A stretch of 64,000 bases of DNA from assembly GCA_003453595.1 (NCBI GenBank), contig DMOG01000026.1, forward strand, positions 6,567 to 70,566. Direction: 5' to 3'. The translations under genes and the position numbers were made by a program. How positions within the stretch are numbered: the stretch's first letter is position 1; each line of letters begins with the position of its first letter. The notes beneath the pieces were generated by a model that searched no databases, was not told where the DNA came from, and saw only the letters and a program-made list of their open reading frames with translations. Below, in pieces: positions 19,421 through 29,447 of this stretch. The DNA comes from Candidatus Uhrbacteria bacterium. GTDB lineage: Bacteria; Patescibacteriota; Patescibacteriia; UBA9934.

Positions 19421-19449
19421 TTGACAAAATCGCTTTTTTATGTTATATT
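19421..19449 (+). promoter_or_regulatory. sigma70 promoter upstream of the GC-rich orphan at 19730
   Basis: TTGACA-17-TATATT with TG extension. Confidence 0.7.
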
Positions 19450-19502
19450 TCTCCGTTCGCATAAAGGCAGAAAGAGCCTAAAATGCGAGTTCTTTTCCAC
19501 TT

Positions 19503-19609
19503 TGTCATCCCCTGGCTTGACCCTCCTATGCCTGCAAGGCTACGGAAGGGCTAGCCAGAGGATCCACCGACAGAAAATTTGCTGGATTCCTGCTTTCGCA
19601 GGAATGACA
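19503..19609. repeat. GTCAT..CC / GGATTCC.GCTTTCGC.GGAATGAC palindromic repeat (reads WIPAFAGMT; RPE4/dRS3-like)
   Basis: TGTCATCCCCTGGC...GGATCC...CTGGATTCCTGCTTTCGCAGGAATGACA, with an internal CCTATGCCTGCAAGGCTACGGAAGGGC hairpin. Confidence 0.75.
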
Positions 19610-19729
19610 AAAAAATCTAGTTCTACAAAGCCCCGCCGGGCGAGGTCAAGTTCGACCTTGTCTGGCATCTGTTCGAAAACACCGGCCCAAAAGGCCACCA
19701 ACGCCCTCAAAAAGGGCAAGGAGGCCGAA

Positions 19730-20452
19730 ATGGCCGAAGAGAAGAAAAACGGGAAGCGTCAGGGCCCAGCCCTGTTCCTCTATCGCGGTCGAAAGGAGTG
19801 CGAAGAGCACCCCCTGACCGCGGACGAGCAGACCCTGGCCGACGCCCTGCGCGCCATGGCCACCATGGCCAACCAGGATCCGGCCGTCATGGCCAAGGTC
19901 CTGGAGATCGCCAAGGCCGCCCGTGCCCAGACCGAGCAGGCCCAGCTCAGCTGGTTGCTCGAGAACAAGCCGGACCAACTGGTCTACAAGGCCAAGTACG
20001 ATGTCCGACGCTTCCTCCAGCCCACGGACATGGCCTGCCAGGCCGTACTCGAGGCGGCGGGCAAGTCCGGGATATACCGCAAGTGGCGCGAAGGCGACAC
20101 CTGGAAGGACTCCGGGACCTTCCCCTACCGGTACGAGCTGGACAAAAAGACTGGCATGATCCGGCTCTCGTCCAACCTCGTCGCGGCAGCCCGCGTGATG
20201 TACTTCATCGCGGGTAGTCAGAAGAAGGGCGTCCGCATGTCCTTCGCCGAGACCGGTGACCGGCTGGTCGCTCTGGGTGCCCTGACCCAGAAGCAGCTGG
20301 CGGACATCCGCAAGCAAGCCGGTCCGCTGGCCGTCAAGGCCGGTGGCTCGGAGCAGGAACTCGAATTCCGACCGACAGCCGGGCGCCAGTTGGCGCAGGC
20401 CAAGGGAGGTGGCCTCACCGCCACCATGGCCGAGATGGCCGGCAAGGGCTAG
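19730..20452 (+). CDS. High-GC orphan protein (basic, about 240 aa)
   Basis: AAGGAGG SD then ATG at 19730 (MAEEKKNG); third codon positions nearly all G/C; TAG stop; long hairpin at 20460-20523. Confidence 0.75.
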   Translation: MAEEKKNGKRQGPALFLYRGRKECEEHPLTADEQTLADALRAMATMANQDPAVMAKVLEIAKAARAQTEQAQLSWLLENKPDQLVYKAKYDVRRFLQPTDMACQAVLEAAGKSGIYRKWREGDTWKDSGTFPYRYELDKKTGMIRLSSNLVAAARVMYFIAGSQKKGVRMSFAETGDRLVALGALTQKQLADIRKQAGPLAVKAGGSEQELEFRPTAGRQLAQAKGGGLTATMAEMAGKG

Positions 20453-20626
20453 ACCACTTCCCGCGTGCAGGACACAATCGTTGAGACCAACTACCCCAGA
20501 GTCTCCGATTGCCTGTACGCGGGTCACGCAGAGTTTATGATGCGAATCATCATAAGTTCTGAGTGACCTGAAAATTTGAGAGAGATTATTAAAAAACACT
20601 TTAGATTTGTTTATGGCAAATCTAAG

Positions 20627-20849
20627 GTGTTTTTACACAGCAACCTGGAGGTTGATGGATTTCTTCTGACAATCATTTAATGTTATCAGGAGGATTTGGA
20701 ACCTCAAGTTCTAGGACCTGGCCTTGGCTAGCTCCCAGTACACACCCGAGGTTCCTCGGGGCATATTTCTTCGGAAGTCACTGCCCCACATGTTCCTAGC
20801 TAGTCTAGGAGCTCTACATCACCTCCAGATTGCTGTGCCTAAAAAACAC
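20627..20849. ncRNA. Candidate ~200-nt structured RNA or long structured leader
   Basis: CACAGCAACCTGGAGGTTGATG (from 20636) pairs with CATCACCTCCAGATTGCTGTG (20817-20837) and encloses several internal stems. Confidence 0.4.
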
Positions 20850-20882
20850 GCATTCCAAAAACCCGCACACCCAGGAGAGAAG

Positions 20883-21467
20883 ATGACGCAGTTTGTATCC
20901 GACCGGAACGGTCGCGTCGTGGTCGGGGCCTCCTGCCCCGACATCGGCGAGCTCGGCCTGGCCAACCTGTACGACGACGGAGACGAGGTTGCCCAGTCGT
21001 ACGACCCCCTGCGGCGGTGCAAGCCGCTCGTCGACGAAGTCGATGAGGACTGCCTCGCGCTCGAAGAGATCAACCTCGACGAGGCGCAAGCCCCGTGGTG
21101 GTATGACTTCTGCGATGAGCGCGAGGCGATCGAGCCCGACGAAGACGATGCCCCGACCGAGGCCACCCTGCCGGCCGACGCGGACAACGACGACGACCTC
21201 GACGAGCTCGACGCCATGGCCGAGCATGTCGCCAAGGGTTTCGACATGGAGATCCTGGAGGAACGCGCGTTGCGTGCCCACCTCCAGGACAGAGATCCCG
21301 GCCGCCAGCCGGCCAACAAGGGGGGGAGCTGGATCCATCGGCGCCCCCGGCAGTGGGTCGTGGCTCGTGGCCACGACTCCATCCTGCAGGCCACGCCCCG
21401 TCGGACGCCCAAGGCGTTCTGCGAGGCCGAGCGGCTCGCCGACATCCTCGCCGAGGCCACGGCCTAG
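20883..21467 (+). CDS. High-GC acidic orphan protein (194 aa)
   Basis: AGGAG SD before ATG at 20883 (MTQFVSD); strong GC3 bias; TAG stop. Confidence 0.72.
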   Translation: MTQFVSDRNGRVVVGASCPDIGELGLANLYDDGDEVAQSYDPLRRCKPLVDEVDEDCLALEEINLDEAQAPWWYDFCDEREAIEPDEDDAPTEATLPADADNDDDLDELDAMAEHVAKGFDMEILEERALRAHLQDRDPGRQPANKGGSWIHRRPRQWVVARGHDSILQATPRRTPKAFCEAERLADILAEATA

Positions 21468-21487
21468 TCGCGGACTCGACCTACTAT

Positions 21488-21513
21488 GCCCCCGACACAG
21501 CTGTGTCGGGGGC
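21488..21513. terminator. GC-rich 26-bp perfect palindrome 3' of the orphan
   Basis: GCCCCCGACACAG|CTGTGTCGGGGGC. Confidence 0.6.
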
Positions 21514-21527
21514 GTTGCGCGTTCTAA

Positions 21528-21596
21528 ATGGGGTCAGGTCTTTACTCGGAACACCTCATATCGATTTGGGTGTTCCGAGTAAAGACCTGACCCCAT
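21528..21596. repeat. REP-like hairpin, family C (GGGGTCAGGTCTTTACTCGGAACACC)
   Basis: 28-bp perfect arms, 13-nt loop; second copy at 49938-50004. Confidence 0.9.
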
Positions 21597-21598
21597 CT

Positions 21599-22372
21599 TT
21601 ATTCCTCCTGTCCTATTTTCGCCAGCCTCACTGCTTCATTCCAGGCTAGCTCTAGTGTTGCTCGGGCAGTGTCGGCTATTGTTTTGGATTGGATTTCGAC
21701 AGCGATAATCCCTTGAGTGTATGAGAATAAGACAAGTCTATCGCCACAGACTGTCATCTCCCCTTTGATATCAATCAAATCTGGATCAATAACCACATAT
21801 TCAAAATTATTTAGCAGATCCAAATGCGATACATCTTGTTTTGTGGCTATAATGGTTTTTACTTTTCTATCTTTCCTTTTGAGTTCCCTAGCATGCTCCT
21901 GCTCTTTGGCTGGATCATACAATTTCTTGAGCGTATCAAGCCCAACAATCTGAATCATATCCTCATCAAGCATCTCATACTCAGTCTGCATGGCTCGCAA
22001 GCCAGTCACCCGCTCAAAATATCGAATCTTTGGCTTGGCGCTGTCTTGATTATAAAAAACCTGCAGTCTAGTAATTACTTCATTTGCCCGCATTTGACGC
22101 TTTTGTAGTTCCCTTTGTTGCAACTCTAAAAGCGTCAAAATTGACCCTGGTGCTTCTGCTCTGTACTGTCGTTGATCCTCGGATGATACCAAAGTAATCA
22201 TTCCCTTTTTGCGCAAACTTTCTAAAACAGAATAGGTTGTGGCTCGATTGATATTTGCTTTAACTCCAATCTCGTTTGCACCAGTTGGCCCAAACTCCAA
22301 AGCCGTGACATAAATCACAGCTTCATTGTGCGTGAATCCCAGTTGTACTAAATCAATTATCAAATCTTGCAT
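21599..22372 (-). CDS. TrmB-family transcriptional regulator
   Basis: LGFTHNEAVIYVTALEFG...INRATTYSVLESL.KKG wHTH; KPKIRYFE. Confidence 0.88.
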   Translation of the reverse strand: MQDLIIDLVQLGFTHNEAVIYVTALEFGPTGANEIGVKANINRATTYSVLESLRKKGMITLVSSEDQRQYRAEAPGSILTLLELQQRELQKRQMRANEVITRLQVFYNQDSAKPKIRYFERVTGLRAMQTEYEMLDEDMIQIVGLDTLKKLYDPAKEQEHARELKRKDRKVKTIIATKQDVSHLDLLNNFEYVVIDPDLIDIKGEMTVCGDRLVLFSYTQGIIAVEIQSKTIADTARATLELAWNEAVRLAKIGQEE

Positions 22373-23442
22373 ACATCCCTAATTGCTTTCCAAGTTTTCT
22401 GAGCTGTCTTTTCCCATGAAAAAAACTTAATTCTTTCATAGCCTTTTCTTATCAACAAAGCGCGCTGATCATCAGTCATTGCTTCCAAAGCATCAATCCA
22501 AGCATCAGCATCTGTTGGTGACGCAAATATGGCACTGTCTGCGCATACTTCGCGTAGAGCTGGAATGTCAGAGGCAATCACTGGCACACCAGCATCCATA
22601 GCTTCCAAAGCTGGTAAACCAAATCCTTCGTAGCTTGATGGAAATGTGTAAGCCCAGGCGCCAGAAAGTAAATCATTCATATCCTCAACATAACCTAAAA
22701 CCTCAATTCTATCTTTAAATTCTGATCCTTTAATACGCTCCATAATACGGTCAGCGCCATCGCCTGGCTTACCAGCAATCTTTAGCATCAGATCAGACTT
22801 TGGGTGTAAAGCACAATATGCATCAAAAACATCAATTAAAAACTCAATATTTTTCTTTGTCTCCACTCTGCCAATTGTTAGCAAATAATGAGGTAACCTG
22901 ACATTGGACTCGATTCCTATTCTTCGCATCCCAAGTCGAGTAATCCTTATGCGATTTACCGGAACTTTATAAACACTTACTAGGTCATCACAGGTTGTTT
23001 CTGACACACATAAAATTTTGTCAGCCACCCGCACAGCCCACCAAATTGCTAGCCGCTGACGGAGGCGAACAAAAAATGTATACACCTCTGGTACATGGAC
23101 AAAGGCAATGTCATGGATGGTGTTCACAATTGTTGTTCGCAAAGCTCCCAGCGGAATTTCATGAGCTGGAGAGAAAAATATATCCGGCGGATTTACCAAA
23201 AGTTCAAAGCTCAAACGCAGATGAGTCCAGCCTTTTTTGATCAATGGCAATTTTAAAATCTTCCATTCCCAACCGGTTGGCAAATCACCAAGACCTGCAA
23301 TAACTTCACTTGAATATAAAAACACCCGCTCGCTATCTCGGAGCGGTAGTTTTTTCATTTCACTAATTAACTCAAAAACATAATTTTCAACACCAGTGTA
23401 TTGAGTTCGGGCCAAGGCGTTTACTTCGATTCCCAAAATCAT
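22360..23442 (-). CDS. Glycosyltransferase family 4 (RfaB-like)
   Basis: TGVENY, TIHDIAF, FPSSYEGFGLPALEAM; start at MILGIEV (23442). Confidence 0.9.
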   Translation of the reverse strand: MILGIEVNALARTQYTGVENYVFELISEMKKLPLRDSERVFLYSSEVIAGLGDLPTGWEWKILKLPLIKKGWTHLRLSFELLVNPPDIFFSPAHEIPLGALRTTIVNTIHDIAFVHVPEVYTFFVRLRQRLAIWWAVRVADKILCVSETTCDDLVSVYKVPVNRIRITRLGMRRIGIESNVRLPHYLLTIGRVETKKNIEFLIDVFDAYCALHPKSDLMLKIAGKPGDGADRIMERIKGSEFKDRIEVLGYVEDMNDLLSGAWAYTFPSSYEGFGLPALEAMDAGVPVIASDIPALREVCADSAIFASPTDADAWIDALEAMTDDQRALLIRKGYERIKFFSWEKTAQKTWKAIRDVCKI

Positions 23443-23443
23443 A

Positions 23444-24448
23444 CTAACCAGTAAACACACTGCGTTTGTAAGCATCCAAATTATCCAAAGCAATTCCTGT
23501 GCCCTTAGCCACACAAAGCTGGGCCTCTTCTGCTAAATATGTCGGCACTCCAGTTGCCTCAGCAATGAGTCGATCAAAGTTTCGTAACTGAGCACTGCCA
23601 CCAGAAATAACAATTCCCTTATCCATAACATCAGCCGAAAGCTCTGGTGGGGTTTTATAAAGCACTTCTTTAATTGATCCTAAAATCCCTTCCAAAAGTG
23701 GTTGGATCGCCTCGGTAACATCATCAGAGGTGACAATCATAATCTTTGGCAATCCGGTAATCATGTCCCGTCCTTTTACTTCCATTTCTAGCTTATCTTC
23801 AAGATATAGTGCAGAACCAACGCGAATCTTAATGTCTTCAGCGGTCCGCTCTCCCACGGCTAGGTTATATTTTTTTCTTATATGGTCCATTAGCGCATGA
23901 TCAAACTTTACGCCACCAATGCGCACAGAATCTGATGTCACAATTCCACCAAGTGAGATTACCGCCACCTCGGTTGTTCCTCCGCCGATTTCAACAACCA
24001 TGTGACCGGACGGACTACCAATAGGGATATTGGCTCCAATAGCAGCTACAATTGGCTGACGGATAATATAGGCAGATTTTGCACCAGCCGAAAGTGCAGC
24101 ATCAATAACTGCCCGGCGTTCTGTTGAAGTAATCCCGCCAGGAACAGCAATCATCACTTCTGGACGGAAAAGCCGCATTCCTCCCAAAGCTTTGTTAATA
24201 AAATAACGAAGCATTGCTTCTGTTGTTTTATAGTCAGCAATGACTCCGTCTTTAAGCGGGCGTTGAGCAACAATTGTATCTGGCGTTCGGCCAAGCATGT
24301 CCTTGGCCTCTTTTCCCACGGCCAAAACCTTTCTGTCACTTTTAGAAACTGCCACAACTGATGGTTCATTGATAATAATTCCACGCTTTGGAATGTATAC
24401 CAGAACCGTGGTTGTACCAAGATCAATTCCAATTTTTTTGTCGAACAT
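23444..24448 (-). CDS. mreB: Rod shape-determining protein MreB
   Basis: IGIDLGTT, NEPSVVA, PLKDGVIAD, IGGGTTEVA. Confidence 0.96.
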   Translation of the reverse strand: MFDKKIGIDLGTTTVLVYIPKRGIIINEPSVVAVSKSDRKVLAVGKEAKDMLGRTPDTIVAQRPLKDGVIADYKTTEAMLRYFINKALGGMRLFRPEVMIAVPGGITSTERRAVIDAALSAGAKSAYIIRQPIVAAIGANIPIGSPSGHMVVEIGGGTTEVAVISLGGIVTSDSVRIGGVKFDHALMDHIRKKYNLAVGERTAEDIKIRVGSALYLEDKLEMEVKGRDMITGLPKIMIVTSDDVTEAIQPLLEGILGSIKEVLYKTPPELSADVMDKGIVISGGSAQLRNFDRLIAEATGVPTYLAEEAQLCVAKGTGIALDNLDAYKRSVFTG

Positions 24449-24492
24449 AGAAATAAACCTCCTGCTATCCTAACTCATTCTAGCGCAATTAT

Positions 24493-26490
24493 TTAAAACT
24501 GTACTAAGAACTCCAAGTCCTGAACTAAATCTGTGTTCAAGTAATATGAATTATCTCCATACCCTTCTGAGCTCTCCGATGGCTGTGCAGCTCTTAATTT
24601 TTTACCAAAATCAAGGTCTAAAGTCAACGGGGCCTGTTGAGAACCTATTTGCTTAAAAACAGTCAAATCATATGAATTCTTAGCAATCGCCTGATCAACA
24701 CTATCTGGTAGTCGATAATGAAATGATAGAGTTTTGTTTTCTCCTGGTTCAATCACAATATAAGCCCCAAATCTTTGCATGTCAGACTCTTTAGCAGAAG
24801 ATGCATCAGCACCATTTGTAGAAATAAGTTGGCTTCCAAGTGGGGCTATAACGCTTGTATAACTTTGATATCTGGTCGTACGCCAATTAAAATCTCCGTT
24901 ATGATGATAAGTGATATCAACATAGGCCTCATAATGATCATCGACTTTTTCAATAGCATATTCGATTTCCTTTGACATGGCATGATCAGTTTTCAATGCA
25001 CCCATATTTGCGTCCACTACCATTAAATAATCATCAGAGTCAGAAATGTCCATAATCGACGCCCAGCCAGCGTCTTCAAAAACAACCTGAGTCTGAGCAT
25101 CAAAGCTATAAAGCGCCATCTGCTTTTGGGTAAACATTGATGAGAAAACATTTATAAGCGCCGGCAATTGGGCAATTTGTGTATTCATCAATCGCGCCAT
25201 TATCTCATCCATTAAATCATTAATGATTTCTTTTCGATCCTCCCAGGCAACTCCTGACTCAACAAATCCATATTCAACTTCATACTCCAAAGTCTCAGTG
25301 AAGTTTTCACTGGTAAATGTAGTACCATCAACCGTGATATCGCCAACTATATTCAAAAGATTTTCAATTACTGTTGGGGTCAAGCCAATCACGCCGTGTA
25401 TCTCTGGAACTGGCAGACCGGCAAAAGCATACTCCTGTCGAAGAAGTTGAACTGATGTTTTTGAAGATTCTGCAAAATCAGGCGCCCAATTTGCATCCCT
25501 AAAGTACCAGGTATCCAAGCCTAAATAATCTGAAATTGCTTGTGGTGGCACAACATTATATGCATCGCTTTCAACTAATTCATCGATTGAATATGTATTA
25601 TCAGTTGAAATATCCAATATTTCACCATCACGAATCTGAAGAAGTCCATAGACTCCCATAAAACCACCTCCCGGACGCATTTCGGTGTTGTTTAAAAACA
25701 ACAATAGCCACTGTCTGTCACTACCAACCCCTGCTAACTCATCGATTGACTGAGCAAACGGAGTAATAAGCTCAACCGCCGCATAAATACTTGGCAAAAT
25801 TTCTTGCAGTTGATCAACCACTGTTTGCATTGAACCAATTAATTGTTCATCCTTAAGCTGGTTTAATTCTTCCTGAGCAAGTGTTACCTGAATTTTCGCC
25901 TGTGCCAAATCTGGTGCAATGGATTGGAGTGTTTGCAACATCTCGACCCGTACCTGAGCTGGCAATGTGTTAAATGTATATGACTTTTCCAGGCCAGGAA
26001 TTTCATCAAGCGTTTCCTGTATTTTTTCAAGCGAACTATAAACATCAGATGCAATTAAAAGCGCATCATCAATAACATTAACCAAGGCAACGCCTGTATC
26101 TACTAACACAACCAAGGCATGAACTTGATCGCCAACCCACGGTAAAACAGTCAGTGGCTTAGCAATCCAAAGACATGTTTGAGCTGTATGAAGGTCCATC
26201 TGCGCTTGCCAAACATCAATTTGAGCCTCATCAAATTCAAATGCCAATGCATGTTCCTGGGCACTTTCCAGCGCAGACTTGGCGTCAAGAGCTGAGGCGA
26301 CAAATCGTCCAATAAATAAAAGCGCGATCAAAACTAAAACAATAATAATTCCCAACACAGTCGCCACTCCAACTTTTTTTCTGCGAGATGGTAGCCTGGG
26401 CGGTTCATAGGAAACCAAAGGTTCAATTTCGCTGACCTCAGGCCCAGACAAAGCATCTGGTGTTTCCAAAAAATTTAATCCTCGATTCAT
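24493..26490 (-). CDS. DUF4012 domain membrane-anchored protein
   Basis: LLLFLNNTEMRPGGGFMG, RDANWAPDF, VVDANMGALKTD; start at 26490 because the longer ORF start lies inside a REP. Confidence 0.85.
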   Translation of the reverse strand: MNRGLNFLETPDALSGPEVSEIEPLVSYEPPRLPSRRKKVGVATVLGIIIVLVLIALLFIGRFVASALDAKSALESAQEHALAFEFDEAQIDVWQAQMDLHTAQTCLWIAKPLTVLPWVGDQVHALVVLVDTGVALVNVIDDALLIASDVYSSLEKIQETLDEIPGLEKSYTFNTLPAQVRVEMLQTLQSIAPDLAQAKIQVTLAQEELNQLKDEQLIGSMQTVVDQLQEILPSIYAAVELITPFAQSIDELAGVGSDRQWLLLFLNNTEMRPGGGFMGVYGLLQIRDGEILDISTDNTYSIDELVESDAYNVVPPQAISDYLGLDTWYFRDANWAPDFAESSKTSVQLLRQEYAFAGLPVPEIHGVIGLTPTVIENLLNIVGDITVDGTTFTSENFTETLEYEVEYGFVESGVAWEDRKEIINDLMDEIMARLMNTQIAQLPALINVFSSMFTQKQMALYSFDAQTQVVFEDAGWASIMDISDSDDYLMVVDANMGALKTDHAMSKEIEYAIEKVDDHYEAYVDITYHHNGDFNWRTTRYQSYTSVIAPLGSQLISTNGADASSAKESDMQRFGAYIVIEPGENKTLSFHYRLPDSVDQAIAKNSYDLTVFKQIGSQQAPLTLDLDFGKKLRAAQPSESSEGYGDNSYYLNTDLVQDLEFLVQF

Positions 26491-26528
26491 GAAAACATTA
26501 TAGCAGTTTCGCGAAACTAAGTCAGTTA

Positions 26529-26592
26529 GACTTAGACACAGAGACTTAGACATTTTGTCTAAGTCTCGAAGCACTTTAGCTTGATTTTATTG
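26529..26592. repeat. REP direct repeat (left) flanking the RAYT
   Basis: GACTTAGACACA-GAGACTTAGACA-TTT-TGTCTAAGTCTC-GAAGCACTTTAGCTTGATTTTATTG. Confidence 0.9.
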
Positions 26593-26638
26593 ATTTTTTT
26601 TTATTTTGTATAATCCTTTTCAGCTATATTTCAATAGA

Positions 26639-27250
26639 CTAGATCTTCAATCCAAAATCAATATTCATAGGACAACCATATTTTATCCAATCGATTAAAA
26701 ACTTGTCATACTCTTCACTACAGTCAAATTCATCATAGATTGATTGGCTATTACAGACATTATTACATTTACTAAATAATCTTGGATAACTAGACCATTG
26801 ATAATTCTGTAAATATTTAATGGCTTCTTGCACATTATCGACACCCTTCACCTTCCAATCTGGAAATAAGTATTTTAATGGATTCAAATGGATATATCGT
26901 GATATATGCAATAAATATCCATCATTATCAATTTCCTTAACCTTATAAGGTCCTTCGAATATACACCCAGTTCTTCGACTTATATCGTTATATCTGACAG
27001 TCGAGCTTATCCCAATTTTTTGCATAAACTTAGATATTCCTCCGTCAATTTTCTGCCTTAATAACAAATGAAAATGGTTATCCATCAAACAATAACAAAC
27101 AATATCGACTAATTGTTTACTTTTATTAAACCTCTTAAGGTTATACAAGAAAAATTTTCGATCATAATCACTTTTAAACAGTGGCTGCTTATCAACGCTT
27201 CTATTATATATATGGTAAAAACCATCATTAACTAAATTTTCGCGACGCAT
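26639..27250 (-). mobile_element. REP-associated tyrosine transposase (RAYT, Y1_Tnp/IS200-like)
   Basis: YHIYNR, YCLMDNHFHLL (HUH), YIHLNP, YQWSSY; flanked by REP hairpins. Confidence 0.92.
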
Positions 27251-27385
27251 AATTAATTTGTTAAGAATAAAATAACCCCAGCTGTTTTATCAGCTTGGGA
27301 GTGTGTTTGCTTATCTATTGCACCAAAAATACATTCTAAAGTCAATATAAGTTGTGCATATCCAATCAAGTGTCTTAGTCAATTT

Positions 27386-27449
27386 GACTTAGACATAGAG
27401 ACTTAGACAAAATGTCTAAGTCTCGAAGCACTTTAGCTTGATTTTATTG
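27386..27449. repeat. REP direct repeat (right) flanking the RAYT
   Basis: GACTTAGACATA-GAGACTTAGACA-AAA-TGTCTAAGTCTC-GAAGCACTTTAGCTTGATTTTATTG. Confidence 0.9.
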
Positions 27450-27454
27450 GGTTT

Positions 27455-28285
27455 CTATTTTCGCGGAGATTCTTTGCTGCGGTATTTATAAAAAAACTTT
27501 ATGGCACTATTTATCTGAATCCAAGTAAATTTATTGAACATTTGTTGCAAAAGCCCGCCGTCAGCGCTAGCTCGGCGGTGGTAGTGAATCATGTGTGCAT
27601 TTGGATAATACACAACTTTGTGTCCGTGTTCCCAAAATCGGCGACACAAATCATTATCTTCGTAATACATGAAAAATCGCTCATCAAAACTGCCGACTTC
27701 ATCCAAGGCAGTTTTGCGCGTAAACAAGGCCGCGCCAATTAGTGAATCAACCTCCATCTGTTGATCATGGCTTTGATCCATCATCAAATAATCCTCAATC
27801 GCTTGCTTACCAACTCCAAACTTTCCTAAAAATGTTCGACGATATGCTGGCACCATTAAAGTTGGAGACCGATAACATGAATACTGCAAACTTCCGTCTG
27901 GATTACGCAATTGCGGACCACACATTCCCACCTCTGGATTTGCGTCCATAAACTCCAGCATTGTTTCCAACGACTCTGGCTGGATCACAATATCTGGATT
28001 AAAAATCAGTACATAACGCCCACGCGCCACATCTATCCCCCTATTCATAGCTGAGCCAAATCCAACATTACGCTCCAGCGGAATATGACGAACCTGTGGA
28101 AACTCAGCGCGCGCCATTTCTCCAAATCCAGCCCCTGGATTGTTATCAACCACAATAATTTCAAAACCAAGCTTTGGTGCAGCTCGTCGAATACTATCAA
28201 GCGTTTGGCGAATAAGATACTTTTCAAATGTATGGACAATGATAATCGACAAGTCCAGTTGTTGGGCCTTATCTGACATAGGCAC
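27455..28285 (-). CDS. Glycosyltransferase family 2 (rhamnosyltransferase-like)
   Basis: IIVVDN, NVGFG, FNPD, FDERFFMYYEDNDLC. Confidence 0.9.
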   Translation of the reverse strand: MPMSDKAQQLDLSIIIVHTFEKYLIRQTLDSIRRAAPKLGFEIIVVDNNPGAGFGEMARAEFPQVRHIPLERNVGFGSAMNRGIDVARGRYVLIFNPDIVIQPESLETMLEFMDANPEVGMCGPQLRNPDGSLQYSCYRSPTLMVPAYRRTFLGKFGVGKQAIEDYLMMDQSHDQQMEVDSLIGAALFTRKTALDEVGSFDERFFMYYEDNDLCRRFWEHGHKVVYYPNAHMIHYHRRASADGGLLQQMFNKFTWIQINSAIKFFYKYRSKESPRK

Positions 28286-29300
28286 GAATTTCTTTTTCTG
28301 GTTTTATTTGATGCTTGAGAATGAATTTACGCTTCTTTAACATTTTTGGCAAAAGCCAAACTATCTCCAACAAGCGCTTGCGAGTTTGTTTTTCAAATAA
28401 AAATCCATAGATTGCGCGAACAAACTCATGAAAAAAAATCCATGGTAATGACAAAATTGCATCGCCAACAGTCAGATTCTTGAGTAAAACCAAAAGCTGA
28501 TTGCGGGTTGAGTAAGCAGCGAAAAATGGATTTTGCGCCTGACGATTTTTCAATCGTTTCCACCAAGACTGAGTTTGCGCCCCATACATTCCGCGGTAAT
28601 GATAAGCAATCGCGCCTGGCACAAACACTGTTTTCCAGCCTCGCTTTTGCAATCTCCAGGCCAAATCACAATCCTCACGATAAGCAAAAAAATCACTATC
28701 AAAAAAATCGTTGCCAATCATTACATCAGCCACGACTTCAAGTGGGATCAAAAACATTGCGCCCCCAGGACCAAATAAATCTGTGCGTATATCAAACTGG
28801 CCTGTATCCATATCTCCTGCTCCTCGATCCTCCATCCGCCAAGACTTGGAAACAACCAACCCGGTGGTATCAATCACATCTGACTTAACCGTCTCCTCCA
28901 AATACTCATCTCCCACATTCTCGCCAAACGCCCGGTAGATCTTTGGCTGGACAGCTCCGATATTTTTACCAAGAGCTTTGACCATATTCTCAATCGCCTT
29001 TGGCTCAACCAACATATCAGCGTTTGCCAACAAAATCGCCGCCTGCTCACCCTCTGGCGCACGATCCAGAGTAAATCGAATCAACTGATTGTGACCCTCG
29101 GCAAAGCCAAGATTGCGCTTATTGCGAACTATCAAATTCTTTGGACAATGATGGGAAATATAATCATAGGTCTCATCAGTACTACCATTATCCAACAGCC
29201 GAATAGTAAAGTTTTTGTAAGTTTGTTGAGCCAAAGAATCCAAAAGAGCAGGCAAATAATCTCGCTCATTCCAGGCAATAATGTGCACATATACATGCAT
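28269..29300 (-). CDS. Glycosyltransferase family 2
   Basis: LDNGSTD, NLGFAEGHN, FFAYREDCDLAWR. Confidence 0.9.
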   Translation of the reverse strand: MHVYVHIIAWNERDYLPALLDSLAQQTYKNFTIRLLDNGSTDETYDYISHHCPKNLIVRNKRNLGFAEGHNQLIRFTLDRAPEGEQAAILLANADMLVEPKAIENMVKALGKNIGAVQPKIYRAFGENVGDEYLEETVKSDVIDTTGLVVSKSWRMEDRGAGDMDTGQFDIRTDLFGPGGAMFLIPLEVVADVMIGNDFFDSDFFAYREDCDLAWRLQKRGWKTVFVPGAIAYHYRGMYGAQTQSWWKRLKNRQAQNPFFAAYSTRNQLLVLLKNLTVGDAILSLPWIFFHEFVRAIYGFLFEKQTRKRLLEIVWLLPKMLKKRKFILKHQIKPEKEIRAYVR

Positions 29301-29447
29301 AGTAAGTTTAGTTTACTTGGAAAAAGGGTGATTGTCGAGGAGGCCAACCCCCCACTTCTCAGTTCGATCAAATTCGAAAAGATCTCTCCCCTTCTTCACT
29401 AAAGTTACGAAGGGCCCATCGAAGTTTGATACGAAGTTGGGCTAGGC

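Noticed and set aside
19421-19729. N-terminal extension of the 343-aa ORF (includes WIPAFAGMT)
   Set aside because: The TTG start is the -35 box and the peptide is translated repeat/leader DNA; the SD-supported start is 19730
26491-26574. N-terminal extension of the DUF4012 ORF
   Set aside because: Derived from the REP flanking the RAYT
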